Virus record (IMG/VR): IMGVR_UViG_3300037457_000038
Location: 32,001 to 96,000 of that record
Length of the DNA: 64,000 nt
From: a virus
Direction: 5' to 3' (one strand)
The position numbers were made by a program, and so were the translations under genes. Shown here piece by piece: positions 50,065 through 59,942 of this stretch. The notes under the pieces were generated by a model that ran no database searches, had not been told where the DNA came from, and saw only the letters and a program-made list of their open reading frames with translations. Position 1 is the first letter of the stretch; each line of letters begins with the position of its first letter.

Positions 50065-51888
50065 ATGGCCTGGTGGCACGCCTTCACCCGACGCACCACC
50101 CTGCCCACACCCACCACCAACACCGCACGCCAAAACCCGCCACCACAGGCCGTCACCGCCGCCGCCACCACCGTCGCCAGCCCCCGCACCGAACTCGTAC
50201 GCACCCCCGACGCCTGGCAAAACGAAGCCTGGGAGTTCTACGACACCCTCGGCGAATTCCGGTACGCCGCCGACTGGGAAGCCAACATGCTCTCCCGCAT
50301 CCGCTTCTACGCCGCCAAACTCGAACCCGGAGTCGACGAACCCGTACGCGCAGAAGCCGGAACCGCCGTCGAACTCATGACCCGCTTCGCAGGAGGCGTC
50401 GCCGGACAAGCCGAGATCATGAACGGCCTCGGCACCCAAATCGCCGTCCCCGGCGAAGGCTATTTGATCGTCGAGAACATGGGCGGCATCGAACAGTGGT
50501 CCGTCCGCTCCATCGACGAAGTCCGCGCCGGACGAGGCCACTACGAAGTCATCGACGAAAACAACCCCCGCGACGGCTACAACTGGCGCCCCCTCGCCCC
50601 CGACTCCATGGCCCCCATCCGGGTGTGGCGGCCGAACAAACGCTTCCACCACGTCGCCGACTCCCCAGCGCGTGCGGCCCGGTCGACGATGCGGGAACTG
50701 GAACTGGTCAACCGGCACATCCAAGCCCAGTACCTCTCCCGCCTCGCAAGCGCCGGGGTGGTCATCTTCCCCGACGAGATCACCTTCCCCATCAAGGAGG
50801 AGTTCGCCGACGCCAACGACCCGTTCATGGAGGAGTGGATCGAGAACGCGAAGGCCGCGATCTCCACTCCTGGCACGGCCGCCGCGGTGGTGCCGATGCC
50901 GATCCGGGTGCCGGGTGAATACGTCGACAAGATCGCGCACATTGATTTCACCCTGCGCACCGACGAAAAGATCATCGAGAAGCGCGACTCGGCGATCAAA
51001 CGCCTCGCCTCACAGCTCAACGTGCCGCCCGAAGTCCTCCTCGGCATGGGCGACCTCAACCACTGGAACGCGTGGGCCGTCGACGAAACCAGCCTCAAAG
51101 TCAACGTCGCCCCCGACGCCGAACTGATCTGCCATGCCCTCACCACCGGCTACGTCCAGCCCCGCCTGAAAGCCTCCGGCGTAGACGACTGGGCCAGCTG
51201 GGTCGTCTGGTACGACATGTCGGAGCTGACCCTCAAGCCAGACCGCTCCGGCGACGCACTCCAGCTGTACGACCGGCTGGAAGTCAACGGCGACGCACTC
51301 CGCCGCGAAACCGGCTTCGACGAGGCCGACAAACCCACCGATGACGAGCTGGAGGAGCAGGCGCTCAAAATCATCATCAAAACCCTGCCGTCCGGCGCCG
51401 GGTCGGCACTGTCCACCCTTCTCGGTAAACAGATCGACATCACACCCGTTGCTGCCACGCCGCCAGACGAAGCGCCGAAAACTTCATCCGACGCGCCGCA
51501 GCCAGAGGAACGCGCCGCCCCGGCCACCCGCGATGAGCCGCCCCCGGAACAGGCCAGCACAGCAGCAGCGGCAGCCCGGCGTGCCGAGCGGATGGTGCGG
51601 CAGTCCAAAGCACTCCACGCCGTCCGGTTCCACGGCGGACGCGCCCCAGACCTGCTCCACCCCGCCGAGTGCAGCGCCCACGCCTACTCGTGCCCGTTCA
51701 CCCACGCCGCGGTGAAACTCCCGACGCTGCCGAGACCGGGCACATCGGGCGTGTACGAGTGCCGCCTCGACTCGTTCGGCCGGCTGTCGATCGGCAAACT
51801 CTCGCCGCACCTGGACACCACAGGGTTCCTGACCACCACGACCGCTACCACCCGGAGCCGTAATGGCCACGCCTACAGCCGTAACTGA
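50065..51888 (+). CDS. Portal protein
   Basis: WQNEAWEFYD..GEFRYA, VPGEGY, IRVWRP, SRLASAG, PPEVLLG..NHWNAW; first head gene after terminase. Confidence 0.85.
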   Translation: MAWWHAFTRRTTLPTPTTNTARQNPPPQAVTAAATTVASPRTELVRTPDAWQNEAWEFYDTLGEFRYAADWEANMLSRIRFYAAKLEPGVDEPVRAEAGTAVELMTRFAGGVAGQAEIMNGLGTQIAVPGEGYLIVENMGGIEQWSVRSIDEVRAGRGHYEVIDENNPRDGYNWRPLAPDSMAPIRVWRPNKRFHHVADSPARAARSTMRELELVNRHIQAQYLSRLASAGVVIFPDEITFPIKEEFADANDPFMEEWIENAKAAISTPGTAAAVVPMPIRVPGEYVDKIAHIDFTLRTDEKIIEKRDSAIKRLASQLNVPPEVLLGMGDLNHWNAWAVDETSLKVNVAPDAELICHALTTGYVQPRLKASGVDDWASWVVWYDMSELTLKPDRSGDALQLYDRLEVNGDALRRETGFDEADKPTDDELEEQALKIIIKTLPSGAGSALSTLLGKQIDITPVAATPPDEAPKTSSDAPQPEERAAPATRDEPPPEQASTAAAAARRAERMVRQSKALHAVRFHGGRAPDLLHPAECSAHAYSCPFTHAAVKLPTLPRPGTSGVYECRLDSFGRLSIGKLSPHLDTTGFLTTTTATTRSRNGHAYSRN

Positions 51889-54625
51889 TGAGGCGGCAAC
51901 GGCTGCGGCCGGTCCGCTGCGTCGTCAGCCCACCGAACTCGAAACCCGCAGCCGCGTCGACTTCGCGCAGATGGACCAGGCATGGCACGAAACCGTCGAT
52001 GCCACCGTGAACGCGTGGGCGGACATCGAAGAAGCGCAGCGCAAGGAGATCCAAACAGCCGTCCAGAGCGCCGCCGACGCCGACGACCTTGACGCGCTGG
52101 ACACGCTCACAGTGGGCACCGACGCCGGGGCCGAACTGCTCGCCGCCCGCATGCTCGCCTACGCCCAACGCGCAGCCGAGGCACAGCAGGCCGAGGCTGA
52201 GGCGCAGGGCGTCACCGTGCCGGAGTGGTCGCTGGACGATGAGGCGCTGACCGCAGCAGCGTTCCGGGACCGGCTGCGGCAACTCGCCCGCACCACGGCC
52301 CGCGTCCTCGGCGTGGGCCTAGTGCAGTCCGCTGTACGGCAGGCGATGCGCCTGTGGGGCTCCGGCACACCCATGCAGGTAGCCGGGCAGGTGGACGAGC
52401 ACCTCGCGGGACTGTCCGGCGCAGCGGTGGAGGAGCAGATCGGTGCGGCTATGTCGGCGGCGCAGAACGCCGGCCGGGTGGCGGTACTCCAGGTGGCGCC
52501 GGTTGCCCGGTATGTGGCGACGGAGATCCTCGAACCGGGTCGGACGTGTGCCCCTTGCCGCGAGGTGGACGGTACCGAGTACACGACGCTGGCTGCCGCG
52601 CAGGCGGCGTATCCGATGGGCGGCTACACGGGCTGCCTGGGCGGTTCGCGGTGCAGGGGCACGCTCGTCACGGTGTGGCCGGAGGACGAGGACGGGGAGC
52701 AGGCAGCGGCCGGAATGATCTTGGCTGCGAGTGCGGCCACAATGCCACCGACCATCGACGAAGGAGGCGGCAGCGTGCCGTACAGCATCGTGCAAGACCA
52801 CCCGGACTGCGGTGCCGAAAAGCCGTGGGCCGTCACCAAAGACGCCGACAACACTCTTCAGGGCTGCCACGCCACGGAGGCTGAGGCGGAGGAGCAGCGG
52901 CGGGCGTTGTATGCCGAGGACGGCGACGACATGCCCAAGGAGAAGACCGAGAAGCCTGACGGCGATGACATGGACTACGCCGGACAGACCGCCCCGTGGG
53001 AAGGCGTCCTCGCCGTCGAAGGCCAGGTGACCGGCGACGGCAGAGAGTTCGCCCCCGAAGCGCTGACGTGGGCTGAACTGCCTGTGCCGCTGCGCTGGAA
53101 CAAGGAAGACAGTCATGGTGGGGAGCCGCACACCGTGGCGGTCAACGTCGGCCGCATAGACAAGGTGTGGCGCGACGGCGACAAGATCATGGGTTCCGGT
53201 GTGCTCAACCTCGCCGAGCCAGACGGACAGCGCGTCCACGACATGATCAAAGGCCAGTTCATCCGTGGTGTGTCCATCGACGCCGACTCCATCGACGATG
53301 AGGAGGTCGAGTTCGTGTGGCCCGACGACGTCAACACCGGGACCGGCGACAGCGATGAAGAGGGCGACCTGCTGGAGATGCTGTTTGCCCAGCCAGAGAA
53401 AGTTATCTTCCACGGCGGCCGAATCAGGGCCGCCACGCTGGTGGACATCCCTGCGTTCGCCGAGGCGTACATCGCACTCCTCGACGATCAGGGCGCAATC
53501 GTGGCCGGTGGGCAGCCCGTCGGCGAGGCAGCGCTCCAACTGGTGCAGGAGTTGGGTGCGGTCGGCACCCACGACACCGCCACCTCCGACGGCGACTGGG
53601 ACGAGGGCCCGAACTCCAAGCGTCTGGACTCGCCGCTCACGCTGGCGAAGGTGCGCGCCGCATACGCCTGGTTCGATGGCGGCCGCGTAGAGGAGGACGA
53701 ACTCCCCAAGGACGCGGCGAAGTTCCTGCACCACGAGATCAACGCCGACGGCACCGTAGGCCCGGCGAACCTGACCGCATGCTCTGCCACCATCGGCGCC
53801 CTGCACGGCGCCCGCGGCGGCACGACGATCCCGGAGGCGGACCGGCGCGGGGTGTATGACCATGTCGCCAAGCATCTTCGGGATGCGGGGCAGGATCCGG
53901 AGCCGTTCCGCTCTCTGCCCGCCGTGACCGCGAGCGCCCCTGGGGCTCATCCGGCGATGACCTCACTGTGGAAGCCGCCCGTCGAGTGGTTCAGCAACCC
54001 GGAGCTGCCGTTCCACTGCGGCATCGTCGTCACCGACCAGGGGCGCCTGTACGGGCACGCGGCACCGTGGGGGGCATGCCACATCGGGTTCGACGGCGAG
54101 TGCGTCACCGTCCCGAGAGAGACCGAGCACTCGCACTACATGACCGGCGAAACGGTCTGCGCCGACGGGTCGCGGGTGGCGGTCGGTCAGATCACCGTGG
54201 GTACCGGGCACGCGCCGCTGCACCTCGGGGCGTCGCCTGCGGCGGAGCACTACGACAACACCGGTACGGCGGTCGCGGATGTGGCGGTCGGCAACGACAA
54301 GCACGGCATCTGGGTCGCGGGAGCGGTACGCCCGGACGCCGACCCGCTGAGCGTGTACGAACTGCGCGCCTCGGGTCGGGTGTCGGGTGACTGGCGGCGG
54401 ATCGGTGGCCAGTTGCGGATGGTGGGCCTGCTGGGTGTCAACGTCGCTGGGTTCCTGGAGGAGGCGAAGATGCGGACGCTGGTCTCGGCGGGGCAGCCTC
54501 AGGCGCTGGTGTCTGCGGGGGTTCCGCGCCAGCAGTGGAGCCTGTCGCAGGAGGAGAGGGAGCGTCAGGCGGTGCGGATTGTGATGGGGATGCTACGCCG
54601 CAAGGTCCACACGGGAGGTGAATGA
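51863..54625 (+). CDS. MuF-like minor head domain fused to capsid maturation protease-like domains (possible internal start 52775)
   Basis: RTCAPCREVDG..CLGGSRCRGT; TGDGREF..LPVPLRW..GVSID..ATLVDIPAFAEA; lies between portal and capsid. Confidence 0.7.
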   Translation: MATPTAVTDEAATAAAGPLRRQPTELETRSRVDFAQMDQAWHETVDATVNAWADIEEAQRKEIQTAVQSAADADDLDALDTLTVGTDAGAELLAARMLAYAQRAAEAQQAEAEAQGVTVPEWSLDDEALTAAAFRDRLRQLARTTARVLGVGLVQSAVRQAMRLWGSGTPMQVAGQVDEHLAGLSGAAVEEQIGAAMSAAQNAGRVAVLQVAPVARYVATEILEPGRTCAPCREVDGTEYTTLAAAQAAYPMGGYTGCLGGSRCRGTLVTVWPEDEDGEQAAAGMILAASAATMPPTIDEGGGSVPYSIVQDHPDCGAEKPWAVTKDADNTLQGCHATEAEAEEQRRALYAEDGDDMPKEKTEKPDGDDMDYAGQTAPWEGVLAVEGQVTGDGREFAPEALTWAELPVPLRWNKEDSHGGEPHTVAVNVGRIDKVWRDGDKIMGSGVLNLAEPDGQRVHDMIKGQFIRGVSIDADSIDDEEVEFVWPDDVNTGTGDSDEEGDLLEMLFAQPEKVIFHGGRIRAATLVDIPAFAEAYIALLDDQGAIVAGGQPVGEAALQLVQELGAVGTHDTATSDGDWDEGPNSKRLDSPLTLAKVRAAYAWFDGGRVEEDELPKDAAKFLHHEINADGTVGPANLTACSATIGALHGARGGTTIPEADRRGVYDHVAKHLRDAGQDPEPFRSLPAVTASAPGAHPAMTSLWKPPVEWFSNPELPFHCGIVVTDQGRLYGHAAPWGACHIGFDGECVTVPRETEHSHYMTGETVCADGSRVAVGQITVGTGHAPLHLGASPAAEHYDNTGTAVADVAVGNDKHGIWVAGAVRPDADPLSVYELRASGRVSGDWRRIGGQLRMVGLLGVNVAGFLEEAKMRTLVSAGQPQALVSAGVPRQQWSLSQEERERQAVRIVMGMLRRKVHTGGE
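52710..52743 (+). promoter_or_regulatory. Late-promoter motif copy 3 (intragenic)
   Basis: CCGGAATGATCTT-N15-CACAAT, then AAGGAGG and in-frame GTG 52775. Confidence 0.65.
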
Positions 54626-54810
54626 GCATGTGCAACTGCAACAAACGGAAGCGTCCGGCGACGCCTCCGCCACCCCCTCCGAGCGCCTGACCTTTAAGTT
54701 TACCGATCCGGCGAAGGTATTGACCTTTGCCGGATTGTTTGCTAACGGGTACTCTGGCGCTGAAATGGCGTCGATAGGGGCGCACACAGACCCGTCACAT
54801 GGAGGTCGCA

Positions 54811-56559
54811 GTGCCGGCCGAAGAACTCTTCAGCGCCCCGTCAGATCTCACCCTCGTCGGCGACGACGAACTCGCCGCCCTCGAAACCCAGGGCACCTCC
54901 GAGTTCGACCGCGTCTCCGCGATCGACGACGTAGACCCCGAAACCCTCACCTACGCGATGCGCCTCACCGAGGACCTCGACAAAATCCGCGCCGAACTGA
55001 GGGTGCGTGAAGTCCGAGCCCAGACCAACGCCGACATCCAGCGCACCCGAGTCGGCGAACAACTCGCCGCACTCAAGGAACGCGTCCACGGCATGCCGCA
55101 GCCCGGCACAGACGCGCCAGCCACGGTGGACCCCGAGGCCATCGCCGCAGCAGCAGCCCGCGGCGTCACCGCAGGCATGGTCGCCCTCATGGGCGAACGC
55201 CGCGGCGGCATCGACACCGAGGCCCTCGCCCGCCGCGCGACCGCCAGCCTGGCCGAGACCGCGCAGCACGCCCCGAAGCCGAAGGTGTCGGAGAAGCGGC
55301 TCTCGGTGACCGCGTCCGTGGACATTCCCGGTGTCGCCCACGGCGGCCAGCTGACCACGCTCAACTCACTGTCCGACGTGGTGTCCCGCAAGGCCAAGTC
55401 CATGCCGGTCACCCGCGGCAACCCCAACCACCAGCTCGTCGCCAGCATCCGCAACGATTTCGAACACACCCTGGACGACAGGACGAGCCCGGCGCAGGTC
55501 AAGGAACTGATCCAGTACCTGACGGCGCCTGACAAACAGGCCGCACTGGTCGCGGGCGGCGGCTGGTGCGCCCCCAGCGAGATCCGCTACGACTTCTTCA
55601 ACATCGCCTGCATGTCCGGAATGATCGACCTGCCGACGTTCGGCGTGACCCGCGGCGGCATCCAGTTCCCCGTCTCCCCGTCGCTCGCAGACACCGTCAA
55701 CGAGATCGCGTTCGGCGGGTTCGCCGTCGAGTTCTCCAACGCCTCGGTGCCGTGGCTGTGGACCGAAGCCGACGACCAGGCCACCGTCACCGGCACCCCC
55801 AACAAGCCCTGCGTCCGCGTACCCTGCCCCACCTTCTCCGAGGAGCGGCTGGACTGCTACGGCATCTGCCTCACCGCAGGCAACCTCGCCGACGACGCAT
55901 ACCCCGAGGCGACGCAGCACATGCTGCAGCTGCTGATGGCCGCACACCAGCACGCCATCAACGCCCGGTTGATCGCGCTGATGGTCACCGACTCCACCGC
56001 CGCCATCACCATCACCGGCGGCGCCGACACAGACGCCGCAGCGCCCCGCATCTTCAACGCAGTCGGCCTCGCCGCGACCGACTACCGCGAACGCTTCGGC
56101 ATGTGCATCGACGACGTCCTCGAAGTCGTCCTGCCCGCCTGGGTCCGCGAAGTCATCCGCGCCGACCTCGCCTGGAAGGCCGGCGTTGAGCTGATGGAGG
56201 TCGGCAACTCTCAGGTGGACATGTTCTTCACCGCCCGCAACGTGCGCGTGCAGTGGGTGGACGACTGGCAGGTCCGAGGGGCCTCGCAGTTCGGCAACGC
56301 CACCGCACTGACGGCGTGGCCGACCACCGTCGATTTCCTCCTCTACGCGGCCGGCACATTCCTTCACGGGAACGGGATGAGCCTGGATCTCGGCGTGATC
56401 CGCGACAGCGTGCTGAACGCGGAGAACGACCACACCGCCGCCTGGTCCGAGGAGTGCCACCTCATCGCCCGCGTCGGCCACGAGTCGCGCCGGTACACGG
56501 TGCCGTTCAACGTCAACGGCTCCACGTCGGCGCTGCTGACCGGCACAGAGAGGGTCTGA
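54811..56559 (+). CDS. Major capsid protein with N-terminal scaffold-like region
   Basis: GGAGG RBS; coiled-coil N-terminus; ALVAGGGWCAPSEIRYDF, DLPTFGVTRGGI. Confidence 0.88.
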   Translation: MPAEELFSAPSDLTLVGDDELAALETQGTSEFDRVSAIDDVDPETLTYAMRLTEDLDKIRAELRVREVRAQTNADIQRTRVGEQLAALKERVHGMPQPGTDAPATVDPEAIAAAAARGVTAGMVALMGERRGGIDTEALARRATASLAETAQHAPKPKVSEKRLSVTASVDIPGVAHGGQLTTLNSLSDVVSRKAKSMPVTRGNPNHQLVASIRNDFEHTLDDRTSPAQVKELIQYLTAPDKQAALVAGGGWCAPSEIRYDFFNIACMSGMIDLPTFGVTRGGIQFPVSPSLADTVNEIAFGGFAVEFSNASVPWLWTEADDQATVTGTPNKPCVRVPCPTFSEERLDCYGICLTAGNLADDAYPEATQHMLQLLMAAHQHAINARLIALMVTDSTAAITITGGADTDAAAPRIFNAVGLAATDYRERFGMCIDDVLEVVLPAWVREVIRADLAWKAGVELMEVGNSQVDMFFTARNVRVQWVDDWQVRGASQFGNATALTAWPTTVDFLLYAAGTFLHGNGMSLDLGVIRDSVLNAENDHTAAWSEECHLIARVGHESRRYTVPFNVNGSTSALLTGTERV

Positions 56560-56599
56560 CCCGTACCCGCAGCAGCAGTAGGAGAGGTGGTGAGCGCCG

Positions 56600-57505
56600 G
56601 TGGCCGGAGCACGCCAGATCGTCGACCCGCCAGCGTTCACCACGCTCCCGTATGGGCTGTGGGACGCCGTACAAAAACCGTCCATCGCCAACCCGCACTG
56701 GCAGCAGGGCATCACCTGGATCGAGCGCTGCCCGACCGGCGGCACGACCTACGACGAGTGCCTCGCCGTCACCGGCACCGGCGAAACCGTGCCCGAACCT
56801 CCGGCAAAAGCCGACAACGTCCCCCAGACGGTACGCGGGGCGACACCGTTCACCGTGTACGCGGAGTTCGACTGCTCACCGGTCGGCCTGGCCGATGCGG
56901 CGACGGTCGCACGTGAGGCGCTCGCCCGGGTGGAGCAGCAGCAGGTCGAGCGCGCCTTCTTCTCAGGTGTAGCGGGCGGGCAGACCATCGCCTACCCGCA
57001 CCTCGCCGCCGACACCGAACTCACCGACGACCAGGGCATCGTGCTGCAGCCCGCCGCGTCCCCGATCGTCACCGGGGTAGACGTCGATATCACCGACGGC
57101 CTCGGCCGACTCGAATCAGCGTTGTCTGACTGCTACGGCGGGCAGGGCTTCATCCACGTCCCGCACCGGGTGCTGCCGATGCTGGCGGCGTGGAACCTGG
57201 CGATCGAGCGTGATGGCGGCCTGTACACCCCGGCCGGTAACCGCATCGTCGTCGGGTCAGGTTTCGACAATCACGCGCCAGACGGCACACCGGCGGAGCC
57301 CCGCACAGCGTGGGTCTACGCCACTGGCCAGGTGTTCGGCTACCGCTCCGATGTGTTCTTCACCCAGGCGAGGGAGTCCATCGACCGGGCTGAAAACACG
57401 TACCGGATGCTCGCCGAGCGGACCTATGTCCTCGGGTTCGAGTGCTGCCTGATTGCCACGCAATTCGCCCTTGGTGTCATCCCCGCCGGATCAGTTACCT
57501 CGTAG
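56600..57505 (+). CDS. Putative minor capsid / structural protein
   Basis: Follows the capsid gene; GAGGTGG RBS. Confidence 0.55.
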   Translation: MAGARQIVDPPAFTTLPYGLWDAVQKPSIANPHWQQGITWIERCPTGGTTYDECLAVTGTGETVPEPPAKADNVPQTVRGATPFTVYAEFDCSPVGLADAATVAREALARVEQQQVERAFFSGVAGGQTIAYPHLAADTELTDDQGIVLQPAASPIVTGVDVDITDGLGRLESALSDCYGGQGFIHVPHRVLPMLAAWNLAIERDGGLYTPAGNRIVVGSGFDNHAPDGTPAEPRTAWVYATGQVFGYRSDVFFTQARESIDRAENTYRMLAERTYVLGFECCLIATQFALGVIPAGSVTS

Positions 57506-57514
57506 GAGATCGTC

Positions 57515-58192
57515 ATGGCAGTTACCTCTACGTGCGCGGTGCCGATCAAGGGCACGAGCATGCGGATCGTCGCGCTGGACGTCTGCGGCGTGCCGGTCAC
57601 CGGTTCGTCCGGGCTGGTCGTCGTGCATAACTCTTTTGTGCAGGTCGGGCAGGAGTTCCAGTACGAGGAGGGCGAGGAGTTCTTCGACCGCACCGCTGAT
57701 GGTGTGGCGTGTGTGAACCAGAAGGACGACCCCACGTTGAAGCGCATCAACTTGACCACGCAGCTGTGTGCGGTCAACGTGTCCGGCGCCTCCTACGTCA
57801 TCTCTGCCCGCGAGCTGGTCACCGGCAGCCCGACTACCGGAACGGGTTTCGCCGTGTCCGAGGGCGAGCCGACCAACCGGTACAGCATGGAGGTGTGGCA
57901 GCGCGTGGCCGGGTCCGGGGCGTGTGATGCGTCCGGTAACCAGCGGTACATCTACAACGCGTGGCCGAACGTGGGCGCAACGCAGATCGGTGCCTACACG
58001 ATCGAGAACGCCAAGAGCATGCTGGAGTACACCTCGGAGACGCGTGGCGCTGCGGAGGCGTGGTTCGCCCTGGTGGGCTCGGATTGGTTGCCTGCCGGGG
58101 AGACGGTGCTGACCAGTGAGCATTGGCTGTGGAATGTGACCACTGTGGCTCCGCCGGAAGCGGCGTGTGATCCGACCGAGCTCGCCGCCTAA
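57515..58192 (+). CDS. Putative major tail (tube) protein
   Basis: AGGAG RBS; beta-rich; position in the structural operon. Confidence 0.65.
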   Translation: MAVTSTCAVPIKGTSMRIVALDVCGVPVTGSSGLVVVHNSFVQVGQEFQYEEGEEFFDRTADGVACVNQKDDPTLKRINLTTQLCAVNVSGASYVISARELVTGSPTTGTGFAVSEGEPTNRYSMEVWQRVAGSGACDASGNQRYIYNAWPNVGATQIGAYTIENAKSMLEYTSETRGAAEAWFALVGSDWLPAGETVLTSEHWLWNVTTVAPPEAACDPTELAA

Positions 58193-58201
58193 GGCTCTGG
58201 G

Positions 58202-58999
58202 GTGGTTGCGGCCTTCGGTCCTTGCGCGGATTGGCCAGTCCACTGGACCTGTGATCTGGACACGCTGAACCCGGCCGTCACCGGGCTTGCGGTGTCCATG
58301 GCCACGGAAACCCTGTGGGCGCTGACGGGCATGCGGTTCGGTACGTGCGAGGTCACACTCAGGCCGTGCCGCCGCGACTGCTACGACGGGCGGTTCTTCG
58401 ACGACTTCGGGCCGCCGTGGACCGGGGGCCGGTGGTATCCGCAGCCTGCGCTGATCGGTGGGCAGTGGTTCAACCTGACGTGCGGCTCGTGCCATGGCGG
58501 GTGCTCGTGTACGACGGTGTCGGAGGTGCTGCTCCCCGCACCGGTCAACCGCATCGTCGAAGTCCTCATCGACGGGACACCTCTCGTGACCGGGGCCTAT
58601 CGGGTGGACAACAACCGGCTGCTGGTGCGCACCGACGGCGGGGTGTGGCCGCGCTGCAACGATCTGGCGCTGGACGATACCGAGCCGGGCACGTGGTCGG
58701 TGACGGCGATGTACGGCGAGGATCTGCCGGACGGTGCGGCGCTCGCGGTGGGCGAGCTGGCGTGTGAGATCGCCAAAGCTGCGGCGGGTGGTGACTGCCG
58801 GCTGCCTGCGGGGGTGCAGCAGCTCGTACGGCAAGGCGTGACCATCTCCTATCCGGACGTGGGGGAGCTGTTCGCAAAGGGCCGCACGGGCTTGTATCTG
58901 GTCGATATGTTCGTGTCGACGTGGAATCCGTATGGGCTGCGGCAACGCTCGCGGGTGTACTCCGTGGACCGGCCGAGCGTACGGAGGGCGGGGACGTGA
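58202..58999 (+). CDS. Head-tail adaptor-like protein
   Basis: ATETLWALTG..RQGVTIS..TGLYLVDMF..NPYGLR. Confidence 0.65.
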   Translation: MVAAFGPCADWPVHWTCDLDTLNPAVTGLAVSMATETLWALTGMRFGTCEVTLRPCRRDCYDGRFFDDFGPPWTGGRWYPQPALIGGQWFNLTCGSCHGGCSCTTVSEVLLPAPVNRIVEVLIDGTPLVTGAYRVDNNRLLVRTDGGVWPRCNDLALDDTEPGTWSVTAMYGEDLPDGAALAVGELACEIAKAAAGGDCRLPAGVQQLVRQGVTISYPDVGELFAKGRTGLYLVDMFVSTWNPYGLRQRSRVYSVDRPSVRRAGT

Positions 59000-59496
59000 T
59001 CAGCGGTGAGCTGAAGTGGTACACGGTCGTGGAGACCTTGCGTGCCGCGATCCACGCCGAGCTGACCGACACCCCCGACCGGTCCGGCGTCGTCCCCGGC
59101 GCCGTCGCCTGGGACGCATGCGACTGTGGCATCCTCGCCGTCAGCGTGGGCCAGGTCTTCATGTCCGACGTGTTCCCCGAGGAGATCACCACCCGCGTCA
59201 GCGCCGAATGTGACCCGGTGTGGGAGGTCGGTGAGATCCTCATCCAGATCATCCGCTGCGCCCCCAACCCCGACGGGCAAGCCCTGTACCCGACGGTGGC
59301 CGAGCTCGACGCATCCGCCCGCGAAGTCGCCCGGGATGCGTACGAGACGCTGCGCGCCACCTCCCACACGCTGTGCGCCATGCGCGACGCCGACGACATC
59401 GTCGATTTCCTCATCCGCCCCCAAACCCCGCAAGGCCCCGCAGGCGGATGTGTCGGCACGGAGCTGCGCGTCCTGGTCGGGCTGGAGCGGAACTAG
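58996..59496 (+). CDS. Tail completion / terminator-like protein
   Basis: Position, size and coupling. Confidence 0.5.
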   Translation: MISGELKWYTVVETLRAAIHAELTDTPDRSGVVPGAVAWDACDCGILAVSVGQVFMSDVFPEEITTRVSAECDPVWEVGEILIQIIRCAPNPDGQALYPTVAELDASAREVARDAYETLRATSHTLCAMRDADDIVDFLIRPQTPQGPAGGCVGTELRVLVGLERN

Positions 59497-59498
59497 CG

Positions 59499-59888
59499 GT
59501 GGCGGAGATCCGGATCGACTGGGGTGCGGTGAACCGGATGCTGCGCTCCCCGAACGGCATGGTCGGCCGGGATTTGCGGCGTCGCGGGGACCGGGTGGTG
59601 AACCGGGCGAGGCAACTTGCACCCGGCAGCATGCCGTCGCTGATCACGCCGCCGCAGATCGGGCACCGGGCCGGTGACCTGTCAGCCAAGATCGAATCAC
59701 GGCATCACGCGTCCCTCTGGGTGCTGCGAGGGACCGGGCTGTACGGCCCGAACGCGCGCAGGATCACCCCGGTCCGGGCCAAGGCGCTGCGGTTCGTACT
59801 GAACGGCCGCGTCGTCTACGCCAAGTCAGTCAGCGGCCAAAGACCGAACGATTTCCTGGGCAAAGCGCTGCGTCAAGCGGTTCTCTGA
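59499..59888 (+). CDS. HK97 gp10-like neck protein
   Basis: Basic; WVLRGT..ITPVRAKALRF..GQRPNDFL. Confidence 0.65.
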   Translation: MAEIRIDWGAVNRMLRSPNGMVGRDLRRRGDRVVNRARQLAPGSMPSLITPPQIGHRAGDLSAKIESRHHASLWVLRGTGLYGPNARRITPVRAKALRFVLNGRVVYAKSVSGQRPNDFLGKALRQAVL

Positions 59889-59902
59889 GCTGCCACAACC
59901 GC

Positions 59903-59935
59903 CCGGAATGATCTTCTCGGGATCGGGCCTACCGT
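59903..59935 (+). promoter_or_regulatory. Late-promoter motif copy 4 (tail chaperone / tape measure)
   Basis: CCGGAATGATCTT-N14-TACCGT-N7-ATG (59943); probably leaderless. Confidence 0.75.
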
Positions 59936-59942
59936 CAGCGCC

